Virus record (IMG/VR): IMGVR_UViG_3300002056_000074
DNA: 64,000 nucleotides
Reading direction: 5' to 3' (one strand)
Source: a virus
Part shown: positions 1 through 9,957 of the stretch, in pieces
Numbering within the stretch: position 1 is the first letter of the stretch
Layout of the letters: every line of letters starts with the position of its first letter
Program-made: the position numbers and the translations under genes
Notes under the pieces: model-generated
Told to the model about the DNA's origin: nothing
The model's database searches: none
Seen by the model: the letters and a program-made list of their open reading frames with translations, nothing else

Positions 1-1345
1 ATCCACCCAAATCACCCGCTGGGGCAACTTCAATTTCTCTACTCGTATACGAACCGTCTGCAAGTCTTACTGGAAATCCTTCCCCAGTAATGCCATTTAC
101 GACACCCAGATCAGTTAAAACATCTCCGAACGTGGTTTTTGCAGTATTGGTAGAGTCGGATACATCACCAATAATAATCTCGTCGGTAAGTTCAACTGAA
201 TCTGGTGCCACTGATACATTTGTCGTAATAACTGAAAATTCAGTGCCATTCAGTGCCAGTCCTTCCCCTGCACCATAAGTTCCCTGACCACTATTTTGTG
301 TCCAATTAACATCATCTGTGTTTAGACTAAGTTCTCCATCACCAGTAACTACCCATCCAGTTGATCCATTAACCGTTCCACCTTCAACGAACGTAGTATT
401 ACCGGCAGATACTTCATTTGAAGAGCTACCATCTTGATCCTCTGCTCTAGTAAATACCGTTTCAGAAGCTGCATCAGCACCAGAAACCACGTAGATACCA
501 TTCTGTGTTGGATCAATTTGATCTTTTATTAATATTCTGTCACCATCTTCCAATGTCACGCCATCAACTACGGTTGCACCTACGGCTGGGGCAGTTAATG
601 TATCACCCACACCATTTGCTCCGGCATCAACATAAGTAAATCCAGTATCAACTACTGAAGCGGCCTGAACTGATTCTTTGTGATCCATGCCATTTGCTAA
701 GGCATCTACGTATTCTTTATTTGTAACATCCTTTGGATTAACAGGAGCATCTTGTACTGTTAGTTCACCACCAGAAGCAACATTGATTGTTGCACTTGGT
801 GCTACTTCTAATGTTCCACTACTAAGGGTGTCACCCGTGTTGCGTAAAAAGTTATCTTCTAAATCAAGTTTCCCCGTATCCGAATCGTAAGAAACAGCAT
901 CTTCCGCAGAGAACATATCTCCAACAATATCTTGTATAGCAGAAGAATTATCTGTACTTGCTAATACGTCTGTTAGTGGTTTGGCAGTTGCCGTGGTTCC
1001 GTTTGGACCAATAGTAACAACGTGATCCTCAGTCAAGGCTATGTTGGGATCATCTAGTGCAGCAAATCGACCACCCAGAACTCCCCAATGAATTTGGTTA
1101 TGATTTCTAAGCACTTGTGCGGATTCAGTTTCAGATAACTCAATTAATTCATTTGGATCACGTGGATCAAGAACCGTAATTGCACCTGCAGTTACTGCTG
1201 CTTGTAAATCTGCTGAATTTGAAACATCTTCTGCTCGCTCATCCACTAAATCATATATATCACCCACATCACCCGAAATTGTCAATCCTAAATCATTTAC
1301 AATAAGTGGACCTTGAAGTTTGATAACCAGTTTAATTGCTGCCAT
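1..1345 (-). CDS. Virion fibre/decoration protein (runs off window start; not in ORF track)
   Basis: Manual translation from ATG at 1345: MAAIKLVIKLQGPLIVNDLG... Includes DVTNKEYVDALANGMDHKESVQAAS and VVDGVTLEDGDRILIKDQIDPTQNGIYVV, a motif typical of phage fibre/decoration proteins. TAAATA upstream at 1393-1398. Confidence 0.7.
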   Translation of the reverse strand, partial: MAAIKLVIKLQGPLIVNDLGLTISGDVGDIYDLVDERAEDVSNSADLQAAVTAGAITVLDPRDPNELIELSETESAQVLRNHNQIHWGVLGGRFAALDDPNIALTEDHVVTIGPNGTTATAKPLTDVLASTDNSSAIQDIVGDMFSAEDAVSYDSDTGKLDLEDNFLRNTGDTLSSGTLEVAPSATINVASGGELTVQDAPVNPKDVTNKEYVDALANGMDHKESVQAASVVDTGFTYVDAGANGVGDTLTAPAVGATVVDGVTLEDGDRILIKDQIDPTQNGIYVVSGADAASETVFTRAEDQDGSSSNEVSAGNTTFVEGGTVNGSTGWVVTGDGELSLNTDDVNWTQNSGQGTYGAGEGLALNGTEFSVITTNVSVAPDSVELTDEIIIGDVSDSTNTAKTTFGDVLTDLGVVNGITGEGFPVRLADGSYTSREIEVAPAGDLGG

Positions 1346-1403
1346 AATATTTTATTCCGATGATATATGTAAATGCACAAGCACTATCACATTATTTATT
1401 AAA

Positions 1404-2412
1404 TTATGATAAAATTATATGATTATATATATTTGGTTGTGATCTAATATTATCAGTTATCAAACAAAGCAACTTTTCTAACAATCTAATTTTTTCAACT
1501 TTTGATGTTTTATAATTGAATACATTATAATTAACATATATAAGTGTTATTTTATTATCTTTGGATATCTGGCGCTTTCGTTTATCCCGCCATTGAGTTA
1601 ATTTAAATTTTTCAACTCCTCCAAAGTGTGTTACAGGGTAAAAATGCTGTTCGCCGTTAATTTCTATAGCTATATTATATTTTGGTAAAAAAATATCATA
1701 ATGTTGAGGAGCTGATGATCTCTGTGGATCATCCATCATAAACTTTGGGGTGTATGAATTTTCAACGATAATGTCATCATCGAGATTATTTTTAATATAT
1801 TCAAATACTTCAAATTCTGTTTTATTGATTGGATTGCAGTGTGTACAACCCATATATTCATCTTTGAATATATTGGATGGTAGACTATTCCATTCGTTAT
1901 TACATGAATTACATTTACATCTGATATATTCATTGGTTTTTGTAAACGGAGTTAGAAACGTAATATTTAAATGTTTAGTACGATTTTCAAATTCTTGGGG
2001 TGATAATCTACCGCTTAATCCCTTTTTAATATTTCCACACTTCGGACAACCTCTAGGATTGCGCTTTTTCAATAAATTGTTTGGTCGTGCATTCCATTCA
2101 TGTGAACAAATATTACACTTACATTTAACCAGAGATGAATAATTTTTGTATTTTCCTAACACAGTAATTGGATATGAACTTAACTCACGAATAAATTGTT
2201 CGTGAGTTTTTTTTGGTTGATTTTACCCAACAACTTTTACAATTTTTTATATTCTTTCTTTTTAAGTTACTAAAATTCGCTCGATGTACATCACCACAAT
2301 TTAAACACTTATATTCTATTGGAATCGAATCCTTAATATAAGGACTAAGTAGTTCTAAATTTAAATTCAGTAGTGTTTTCTTTACTATATCGACAGATAA
2401 TATTCTACCCAT
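1404..2412 (-). pseudogene. Zn-ribbon repeat + PD-(D/E)XK (Vsr/DUF559-like) homing-type endonuclease, split by a frameshift in an A8 run
   Basis: ORFs 2185..2412 and 1404..2162 join into ...KSTKKTHEQFIRELSSYPITVLGKY... if one A is removed from the A8 tract (T8 at 2207-2214 on +). CxxC repeats; YDIFLPKYNIAIEINGEQHF nuclease motif. Confidence 0.7.
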
Positions 2413-2433
2413 AATATTCTACCCATAATACCT

Positions 2434-2943
2434 TTAAGGGACTAATCGATGCTTTATTGTTAAATTAACTACAACGTCTTGAATATTTCCGGGAGTTGAT
2501 CCAGATACATCCTGTGCTTGTAGGCGGATTTTTTGACCTCTGGTATAATCTATATCTAATGTAGTATTAACAAATGTTGAATTTTCGCCACCTGATAATG
2601 TTCCAATATTACCCTGATCTACATCATCTACAAATAAATGTACATCCTTCTCGCTAGTATCTGTATTTTCACAATGTGCTGAGACATAACATACACATCC
2701 ATCGAATTCAGCAATAAATCCAGATTCAGCATGAGCGACATTTCCTAAACGGAGCCAATCTAAATCATCAACCCTACCTCTAGTAAAAATATGATTTTGT
2801 TCAGAAATACTCAAAATCTTATTCCCCCGCACAGAATCCGGGAATGTAAGCATGGGTTGTCCATTAATAGTAGATTCAACAAATGCGCTAGTAGCGGGGG
2901 GTGATGACGATAATGGTCTTGTAAGTACTATACTGGTAGTCAT
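2434..2943 (-). CDS. Hypothetical beta-rich virion-associated protein
   Basis: 169-aa ORF, stop/start overlap with upstream ORF, downstream of a late promoter core. Confidence 0.55.
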   Translation of the reverse strand: MTTSIVLTRPLSSSPPATSAFVESTINGQPMLTFPDSVRGNKILSISEQNHIFTRGRVDDLDWLRLGNVAHAESGFIAEFDGCVCYVSAHCENTDTSEKDVHLFVDDVDQGNIGTLSGGENSTFVNTTLDIDYTRGQKIRLQAQDVSGSTPGNIQDVVVNLTIKHRLVP

Positions 2944-3185
2944 TACTTTTCCAGAATACCGTTAAACTTCCTTGCTAACGTTTTAAGTGATCCTTCTGTA
3001 ATTAATACCATATCAATTAACTCAGATTCAAATTCTTCCACCTCTCTAATTGGGATATGTATAATTTTTGATTTCTTATTGTGTAGGGTCACTGAATACT
3101 CACTATAATCAATAGATTTGTCCAGTGATGGTTTTTCAGTCGTGTTGGTATTTTGCAATCCTGATAAAAATGAAAATTTTTGCAT
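2943..3185 (-). CDS. Hypothetical protein
   Basis: 80-aa ORF; TAAATA at 3212-3217 on -. Confidence 0.55.
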   Translation of the reverse strand: MQKFSFLSGLQNTNTTEKPSLDKSIDYSEYSVTLHNKKSKIIHIPIREVEEFESELIDMVLITEGSLKTLARKFNGILEK

Positions 3186-3284
3186 CTACTTAATATCCAA
3201 TGGTATAAATGTATTTAGTGTGTTGTTTAGGAACATTGCATAAATATTTATATTATAAGTATATACTGTAACATGGAAATATAA

Positions 3285-3977
3285 ATGTCTGAAATCATCA
3301 TAACATCTTATTTTGCGTCTAACGGTGTTCCATCAATTGGATTGACGCCATCATTAAGAATTTGGGAGATTACCAATAATGGACAAGATTTGATTATTGG
3401 CGACTCAGAAGGAACGGGAAATGCTGGGCCTGCTGGTGGTGGTAATGGTGCTGGAAGTACTGGTGTTGATGGTGTCATGGTTGAAGTAGTTGATAATTCT
3501 GCAAGTGATGGTTTCTATCGTTATACTTTCGATGAATTTAATGGATACGATCCTTTAAAATGTTACGTATTTAGAGTCGATGGTGGTGACACACTCAATC
3601 CATCCGAACGGTATCAGGCAGGAGAACTTTCAATTGAACAAAACGCGGAAGCATTGGTTGACTTAATTTATAATGAGCCTGCCAATGAACATATCGTGAC
3701 AGGTAGTTTTGGTGAGGTTATAAACCAAATCAATGCTACAACCGCACAAACATTTATGGATTTGGGTGATGTTATGGAATTGGTAGAACTTGTAAGAAAG
3801 TACAATACAAATAGAACGCGAGTCGATATGGCTACCAACCAATTAACAGTATATGATGATGACTGCGTGACGCCGCTGAGGGTGTTTAACATGTTGAATG
3901 GTAACGGAGAACCAAGCCTATCTGAAATGTGTGAGCGTGTTCCAACGGCTGCCTCTGACGGCCAGCCTGTGTGTTAA
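3285..3977 (+). CDS. Hypothetical late (virion) protein
   Basis: 230-aa acidic ORF; TAAATA at 3241-3246. Confidence 0.6.
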   Translation: MSEIIITSYFASNGVPSIGLTPSLRIWEITNNGQDLIIGDSEGTGNAGPAGGGNGAGSTGVDGVMVEVVDNSASDGFYRYTFDEFNGYDPLKCYVFRVDGGDTLNPSERYQAGELSIEQNAEALVDLIYNEPANEHIVTGSFGEVINQINATTAQTFMDLGDVMELVELVRKYNTNRTRVDMATNQLTVYDDDCVTPLRVFNMLNGNGEPSLSEMCERVPTAASDGQPVC

Positions 3978-3978
3978 G

Positions 3979-4482
3979 ATGACGCCTGCTGTTGTATCAG
4001 TATTAACCAACGGACTTACCTGTGGTCAAACTACTGCATGTCAGGGTGGAACCCTTATAACTGCTGGACCATTTTATATATGGTGTCAAATGGTCCCACC
4101 ACCAGTTCCAGATCCGGGTGGTGGGGGAGCAACGATATCGAATGGTTGGGCTGCACCTATCCACGCACAACCAACTGGCCCAACACCCATTAGAAATAAT
4201 AGTATTCATAACCCAAATAACCAAACACTAGTTGGTAATCCATATCAACATTTAGGTAATAAATCGCCCGTCGTAATAACCTTCAAATTGGGAAATATTG
4301 AGCGTGAAAAAATTTACATGGTTGATAATAATAAACGAGAAGTAATTATTAAAGTGGGTAACATTATCCATAAAATAGAGGCCAAAGTTTCGGTAACAAT
4401 TTCATCACTAAGAAGAACAACCGGCAATATAAAAATAAAAATATTAAACTCTCGCATGTTTAGAAGTAAAAATAGTGATTGA
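3979..4482 (+). CDS. Hypothetical protein (Pro/Gly-rich N-half, basic C-half)
   Basis: In-frame ATG at 3979 directly follows the upstream stop, so it is preferred over the 3898 start. Confidence 0.55.
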   Translation: MTPAVVSVLTNGLTCGQTTACQGGTLITAGPFYIWCQMVPPPVPDPGGGGATISNGWAAPIHAQPTGPTPIRNNSIHNPNNQTLVGNPYQHLGNKSPVVITFKLGNIEREKIYMVDNNKREVIIKVGNIIHKIEAKVSVTISSLRRTTGNIKIKILNSRMFRSKNSD

Positions 4483-4517
4483 GCACCTAAATACATATTC
4501 AAAGAACGAGAAAATCA

Positions 4518-5111
4518 ATGAGCGAAATTCTACAACTTAACCATCAAAGTGAAAATACCTACGAATTTACTTTAGACGTTGATGGAATTACTTCATCCGA
4601 AATTCGAGCTTGGTTTATTATCAAGACTGCATCACTGGAATTATCATTTCCATGTACTCAAGATAATAAAGAATTTAAATGTATCATTCCCGCAATACCC
4701 TATATCGAAAGAAGTACATATACTGCATGTATTCGAATAACTGCGAATGGATTCTTTTTTGAACCAGTGACTGACTTACTTGTTAATGTAGTCGGGAATC
4801 TAAATCTAGAAACAGGTAGTGTCAAAGAAGTAAAATTAACTCCGAAAGTAAAACCTAAATTTGACAATATGAAAGAGTTTTCAAAAAAGAAGGAAGTCAA
4901 AACTAAGAGTAAGGAGAAAAAGAAGGTTAGTGAATCAATCGCAAATAACATTTTAAATGAATTTGATAATGGATTAATGATTGAAGAGATAGATAATGAT
5001 ACTTCAACAATTGACTTGAATAAGGATGCAAAAGTTAAGTCTATATTGGAAGGATACACATCACGAAAAACTTCTGTTAAAAATACACAAAAGTTTATTA
5101 GGAAATCCTAA
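4518..5111 (+). CDS. Hypothetical late protein
   Basis: 197-aa ORF; TAAATA at 4488-4493. Confidence 0.6.
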   Translation: MSEILQLNHQSENTYEFTLDVDGITSSEIRAWFIIKTASLELSFPCTQDNKEFKCIIPAIPYIERSTYTACIRITANGFFFEPVTDLLVNVVGNLNLETGSVKEVKLTPKVKPKFDNMKEFSKKKEVKTKSKEKKKVSESIANNILNEFDNGLMIEEIDNDTSTIDLNKDAKVKSILEGYTSRKTSVKNTQKFIRKS

Positions 5112-5680
5112 GATACCATACCAGCCCTTTTTAGGGATTCTAACGTTTTAATAATATGTTTACATACACCCGGAAGCTTCTTAGGGTTATCGGAGGCTCT
5201 ATCTGTGATTGGAGTATATGGCATAGGCTTCTTACCCGATAAACTCCCGTCAGTGGCGTTGTATGGAGCAAAGCGATGATAAAAATCTAAACATGAGCAC
5301 CTCACTTTCACATTAATATTTGATAATTTTATTTTTTCAACGTGGTACGTTTCACTATCAGCACCCGTGAATGTTACATTACCAAAAGTCTCTATATCTT
5401 CAAAATTGACATCTAGAAATTGAATTGAGACATCATACTTATTACCATCACTTACGACTGGTGCCTTTATTTCCAATATATTAGATGGTATTGCTGGAAT
5501 CATACTAATCTGTCTAACCTGAACAGCATCGGTCGAAAATTGGCGACGTTTGGTATTTAATTGCTTTATATTATTCTGTAATTGTATAGCAGTAGTTTCG
5601 TCAAGAACGACGGATTGTTGATCTTCATTTTCAATCTGATCAACAATCCGTTTTCCGCGAATAAAATGAAATTCTGACAT
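5108..5680 (-). CDS. SWIM-type zinc-finger protein
   Basis: CSCLDF...VCKH (CxC...CxH) motif; TAAATA at 5703-5708. Confidence 0.7.
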   Translation of the reverse strand: MSEFHFIRGKRIVDQIENEDQQSVVLDETTAIQLQNNIKQLNTKRRQFSTDAVQVRQISMIPAIPSNILEIKAPVVSDGNKYDVSIQFLDVNFEDIETFGNVTFTGADSETYHVEKIKLSNINVKVRCSCLDFYHRFAPYNATDGSLSGKKPMPYTPITDRASDNPKKLPGVCKHIIKTLESLKRAGMVS

Positions 5681-5708
5681 AATTTAAATACCTCATCAGG
5701 GGTATTTA

Positions 5709-6860
5709 TTATTTCAATACAATTGTAGAAAATTCACCGATTAGAGGATATGACAAACCGTAATACTGATTGACTACTGATGATTCTGGTAGTTGCTTAT
5801 CGTCTCGTGTAATCCTTCGTGATTTTAGAGTATCCAAAGGAACTCGAAAAAGTTGAGCACATGTATGATATCCGCGCCGATCTGCTTCTGTCAAATACAC
5901 CCTACGGCGCTTAGCACTTAAGTTAGTATTATCAATATACATTGACCCACCATCTTTAATTTTAGATACAAAATCACGCATTACCTTAGAAGAAAATTCT
6001 GGATCATCACATGATTCCTTAAATGCAATCGCCGGATCATTTGAATATAACTCCAATCGCAGCTGATCCATAGAATGAACCACTACATCTAATGTGGTTA
6101 ATTCTTTATCAAAAAATGTAGATTTTCCTGATCCAGATGTGCCAACCGGAACATAAAGAGTTGGTGCGTCTGTTGTTGGTGCTGATGATAGTGTAATTGT
6201 ATTGTCAGATCTCACAATTGGAAAATCCATATCATTTGATAACAATATATAATGTTGAATTTTTTCTTCAACATTCTTCATATTATTCTTGTCATCAGTA
6301 ATTCTACCCATATTATCCGCCCACAACAAATCAAGATATGACAGAAAATTTTTATTGTTTAACATACTTCTAAAAATATTAAGAAGCTTTTTTGGATTTT
6401 TTGTACCCCAAGGACGATGATGTTCAATCATCACCGAAATAACATATGCATCTACACCAGAAATATTAAACGCGGATTTTAGGTAATCTTTGTGATTGGC
6501 ATAGAAATCCTCCCACATTCTAGCTGATCGCAATTCATGGCCTGCAAATGATTTGTAATTGCCACGTTCCTCAGTGAATTTATCCTCTTTTACATGAGGC
6601 TTCCCAACATCGTGAAATGCTGCTGCCATTAATGCCAAAGTAGGAGAATGGGATGTTTTTACATCTACAGAATTACTACTCAGGCGCTGAATGAGATTCA
6701 TTACTACCATATCGGTATGGCGAGCAACATTATTTTCTCTGTGGTATGGAGAGTCTTCCTGCATCCTCTCCATTTGTCCATATATACCCAGACTCTTGAA
6801 AACGTTATTATAAAATTCAATAAAGTTAGGTAGTTGATTTGCTAGATTGTTTTTTCTCAC
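5709..6860 (-). CDS. HD phosphohydrolase + P-loop polynucleotide kinase fusion (HD-Pnk-like)
   Basis: YHRE..V..HT, HDVGK and GHE in the N-domain; GTSGSGKST Walker A and IDNTNL..RR in an AAA_33/Pnk-type C-domain. Confidence 0.8.
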   Translation of the reverse strand: MRKNNLANQLPNFIEFYNNVFKSLGIYGQMERMQEDSPYHRENNVARHTDMVVMNLIQRLSSNSVDVKTSHSPTLALMAAAFHDVGKPHVKEDKFTEERGNYKSFAGHELRSARMWEDFYANHKDYLKSAFNISGVDAYVISVMIEHHRPWGTKNPKKLLNIFRSMLNNKNFLSYLDLLWADNMGRITDDKNNMKNVEEKIQHYILLSNDMDFPIVRSDNTITLSSAPTTDAPTLYVPVGTSGSGKSTFFDKELTTLDVVVHSMDQLRLELYSNDPAIAFKESCDDPEFSSKVMRDFVSKIKDGGSMYIDNTNLSAKRRRVYLTEADRRGYHTCAQLFRVPLDTLKSRRITRDDKQLPESSVVNQYYGLSYPLIGEFSTIVLK

Positions 6861-7560
6861 GGGCTTTTTTACTCAGTTTCTTGTTTATATTAACCCGAGT
6901 CAAAATTGTTTGTCTCAAGCCATTAAATTTTTCATGTTTTTTTACAGTAGCGCGTATATCATACACCCTTCCTGCTACGAATGCGTTAATTTGATCAATA
7001 TTTGAGGGGAACCACACAAACAAATTTCGTTCAGAATCTAAAAATTTTATTATTACACTTTCACAATCAACTCTTGAGATAATCTTTGATTCGAGAACTG
7101 TCACTCCCAGTTCATATCGATTTTTGATGTCTCCGAAAAAATTATTAGAATATAATTTTTCATTCTCTATTCTATTTTTATGGCTCATCTTAAAAGAATT
7201 AATTGCTGATACCAACATGGGAAATTCATATGTTGGTATCTCTTCCTTATGAACAAGTTGTCGCAATTTCCGCATATAATCACTGCCACCATCCTGTGAT
7301 AAAATCCATTCAATTACCGCAGATGCAACAAATTTATCAGTTGATTCCTTACCCTTACGAGCTGTTGCTACAGTCTCTTTTTTTGTCAGTGCTGCGCCAA
7401 TCGCAATCTCATTTACAGTAAGAATGGTTGTTACAATATCTGCAGTTGACTCAGCACCTGTTGTAAACGCATCCTTCTTTGATTTCCATCCATAGGTACA
7501 TATCACAGCATTTGCACAAGTGAGAACATCCAAACAACTATAAAGTTTCCGTCTTGACAT
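6826..7560 (-). CDS. Hypothetical protein with C-terminal OB-fold-like domain
   Basis: C-terminal KFLD..RNLFVWF...IRATVKKHEKFNG.RQTILTRV resembles phage OB-fold proteins; extended -10 (TGTTAGAAT) upstream. Confidence 0.55.
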   Translation of the reverse strand: MSRRKLYSCLDVLTCANAVICTYGWKSKKDAFTTGAESTADIVTTILTVNEIAIGAALTKKETVATARKGKESTDKFVASAVIEWILSQDGGSDYMRKLRQLVHKEEIPTYEFPMLVSAINSFKMSHKNRIENEKLYSNNFFGDIKNRYELGVTVLESKIISRVDCESVIIKFLDSERNLFVWFPSNIDQINAFVAGRVYDIRATVKKHEKFNGLRQTILTRVNINKKLSKKAREKKQSSKSTT

Positions 7561-7632
7561 TTTTATATTATTTGATGGTTGTTAATTTAATAGAGCATTC
7601 TAACACAAAAAATAAAATATGTGTGAATTGGA

Positions 7633-9183
7633 TTAAATAACGATTACTCCAACGTCACTATCATCATCGCCCCAATCTGAACTCCATTCGTCATGTGACT
7701 CTTCATCTTGATGGTTTCCGTATAAGGTATCAAATGCAGCATCTTCGTGGTATGCGATATCCTGCAAAATTCTAACTATTATCAAGACGGCTGCCACACA
7801 ATCATCTGTTGCACCATCCTGTGCTGCATAAGCGGATTTGCTCCGAACAAAGGATTTCAATTCCTTTAATAGAATAGATGATTTAATTTTTAATGTTCCA
7901 GATTCAAACATTTGCTTAAAGGTAACACATGCCGCCATTTTATTTCGTGTTGTAGTTGTCATTCCACGTCTTTTGGAATTTGTTGTGTTTGCATCTGTTA
8001 TGAACTCAACTTCAGGCTGGGTTTCATCATTTTCGAATAATGAAATAATTCCCTCACCGACGCCATTATTTTCAACAGAAAAATAAACTAAACAATTTTT
8101 TGATACTAGATATTGTAGTAGATTTTTTAATACGTCATATAAATCATTAGTATTCATTGTATTGTTTCTATACTCTGCAACCTGCTCCATTGTAGGGAAA
8201 CTGAATACTTGAATTACCGAATAATCCTTTCCACTACCCGTTGCCGGATCAACTCCCAATAAATATGTCTTATCCGATTTTATATTTTCCCAGAATTTAA
8301 CACCCTGAACCTCTCTTATTATTTCATGTTTTTTAATTTCAGATGAAACCACACCCATAAACATACTACTAATAAGTAAGGCATCAGAAGATATAAACTC
8401 ACACTCAAATTCTTGTTTCCATTTTCTTTCTCCTACATCACTAATCATTTTTCGCTTAAAATCATCATCCCTACCGGGTGGTGCATCCCAAGGAACATAG
8501 AGTGATTTGTATTCGTTTGTGCCCATCTCTGCACCGCGCCATAAATCAGCAAATAATCCCTGATCTCCATTTGGGGTGCTTGTGATAATAGCAGAACCAC
8601 CAGTCGATAGCGTGGGTGTAATCGACGCCCAAAATTCCTGCTGTATACGGGGTTCTATAAACGCAAGCTCATCAGAATATAACAATGATACGTCCAATCC
8701 TCGACCAGAATCTTTAGTAGTAGCCTTTGATACTATTCGACATCCATTATCAAATTCCAATTCATGCTTATTGAAGTTTTCGGTATTCGCTCCGGGCTTT
8801 AGCCACATTGGGAGATTTTCATATATATCTCTAATACGAGATACCATTTCCATACTATTAGCATTGTGATTAGACACTATCAGTGTCGTCTTCTTGAAGT
8901 TAAACATGTTAAACCATGCTATATAAGCTCCCGCAACAACACTCTTTCCAGTTTGTCTTGCGCTCATAACAACAACACGATCATTTCCTTTATATAAATT
9001 GATCATATCCTCTTGATAGTCATATAAATCAAGAGGAACTACGCCGAGCTTAGGGTGAACAATCTTTACATAATTCCTACAGAAGTAGATTGGGTCAGCC
9101 ATACAACGCTTAACTTCTAAGACTTGCTCCGGAGTTATTTCAAGTTCTGAATTTGATTTTCGTATATATTGGTTAGCTGCCAT
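7633..9183 (-). CDS. terL: Terminase large subunit (T4 gp17-like)
   Basis: LYDYQ, SARQTGKS Walker A, LYSDE Walker B, STPNG, GVDPATG.G.DYS and DDCV nuclease motifs. Confidence 0.96.
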   Translation of the reverse strand: MAANQYIRKSNSELEITPEQVLEVKRCMADPIYFCRNYVKIVHPKLGVVPLDLYDYQEDMINLYKGNDRVVVMSARQTGKSVVAGAYIAWFNMFNFKKTTLIVSNHNANSMEMVSRIRDIYENLPMWLKPGANTENFNKHELEFDNGCRIVSKATTKDSGRGLDVSLLYSDELAFIEPRIQQEFWASITPTLSTGGSAIITSTPNGDQGLFADLWRGAEMGTNEYKSLYVPWDAPPGRDDDFKRKMISDVGERKWKQEFECEFISSDALLISSMFMGVVSSEIKKHEIIREVQGVKFWENIKSDKTYLLGVDPATGSGKDYSVIQVFSFPTMEQVAEYRNNTMNTNDLYDVLKNLLQYLVSKNCLVYFSVENNGVGEGIISLFENDETQPEVEFITDANTTNSKRRGMTTTTRNKMAACVTFKQMFESGTLKIKSSILLKELKSFVRSKSAYAAQDGATDDCVAAVLIIVRILQDIAYHEDAAFDTLYGNHQDEESHDEWSSDWGDDDSDVGVIVI

Positions 9184-9234
9184 TTAATATTACGCTTAAG
9201 GTGTAATATTATTTATTAGATATTTTTGGGGGGA

Positions 9235-9432
9235 TTATTCTCCACCACCTCCACTATCACCACCACCCCCAACACCACCAAATGAAGTAGAGTCCCCATA
9301 ATTGTTCCAACCACCCCATCCACCATACCAACCACCAACACCGCGTGTATAATTATTGGAGGATGTCTTTTTAGACTTTTTCTTTTTCTTTTTTTTCTTC
9401 TTCTTACCTTCGTAAAGATCTTCTAGATTCAT
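9235..9432 (-). CDS. Small Lys/Gly-rich protein, possible internal head protein
   Basis: MNLEDLYE N-terminus, poly-Lys tract, Gly-rich tail; 1 nt from the upstream ORF. Confidence 0.5.
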   Translation of the reverse strand: MNLEDLYEGKKKKKKKKKKSKKTSSNNYTRGVGGWYGGWGGWNNYGDSTSFGGVGGGGDSGGGGE

Positions 9433-9433
9433 G

Positions 9434-9925
9434 TTAGTTGCCCCGTTTCATATAAACTACAACTTGATTAGTTCCTGCAACTGGGCTTAGGCCATTTTTC
9501 ACTGGATATTCACCACCCTCATTATGAGCGGTATTTACCTTAAAGCCATGTCTTGAATATAAATCATAAAGATGACCAGATAATTTACCATTTTTATCTT
9601 GAGTTGCAAAAAAATCAAGTTTTTTAGCTCCGTTCGCAATAGCACTCTGCATAATACTATTACCTCTCCCACTGACTAATGAAAATACAGATACTAAATC
9701 ACCATCTGACTTCACCATATAACCACTTTTCCCGTCATTACTAAGATATGTTTTATATTTTTTATAATCACTTAATGAATAGTCAGTTAGCACATCCATC
9801 CCCTTGGATTTATTACTAGATTTCATATTTTTCTTAGCCTCATTTATGGCTTTATTGAAATCTTCTGCAGATGCTTCAGTAAATTTTAAGGGAGTATCGG
9901 ATTCAAATAGGTGTTGTAATTTCAT
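9434..9925 (-). CDS. GNAT-like acetyltransferase-fold protein with capsid-targeting-like N-terminus
   Basis: GDLVSVFS..SGRG..IM..A...GAKKLD.F....L..LYSRHGFK matches GNAT motifs A and B; starts MKLQHLFE. Confidence 0.6.
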   Translation of the reverse strand: MKLQHLFESDTPLKFTEASAEDFNKAINEAKKNMKSSNKSKGMDVLTDYSLSDYKKYKTYLSNDGKSGYMVKSDGDLVSVFSLVSGRGNSIMQSAIANGAKKLDFFATQDKNGKLSGHLYDLYSRHGFKVNTAHNEGGEYPVKNGLSPVAGTNQVVVYMKRGN

Positions 9926-9957
9926 AAGTATTTTAATTAATCTATTGGTGTATTCTT

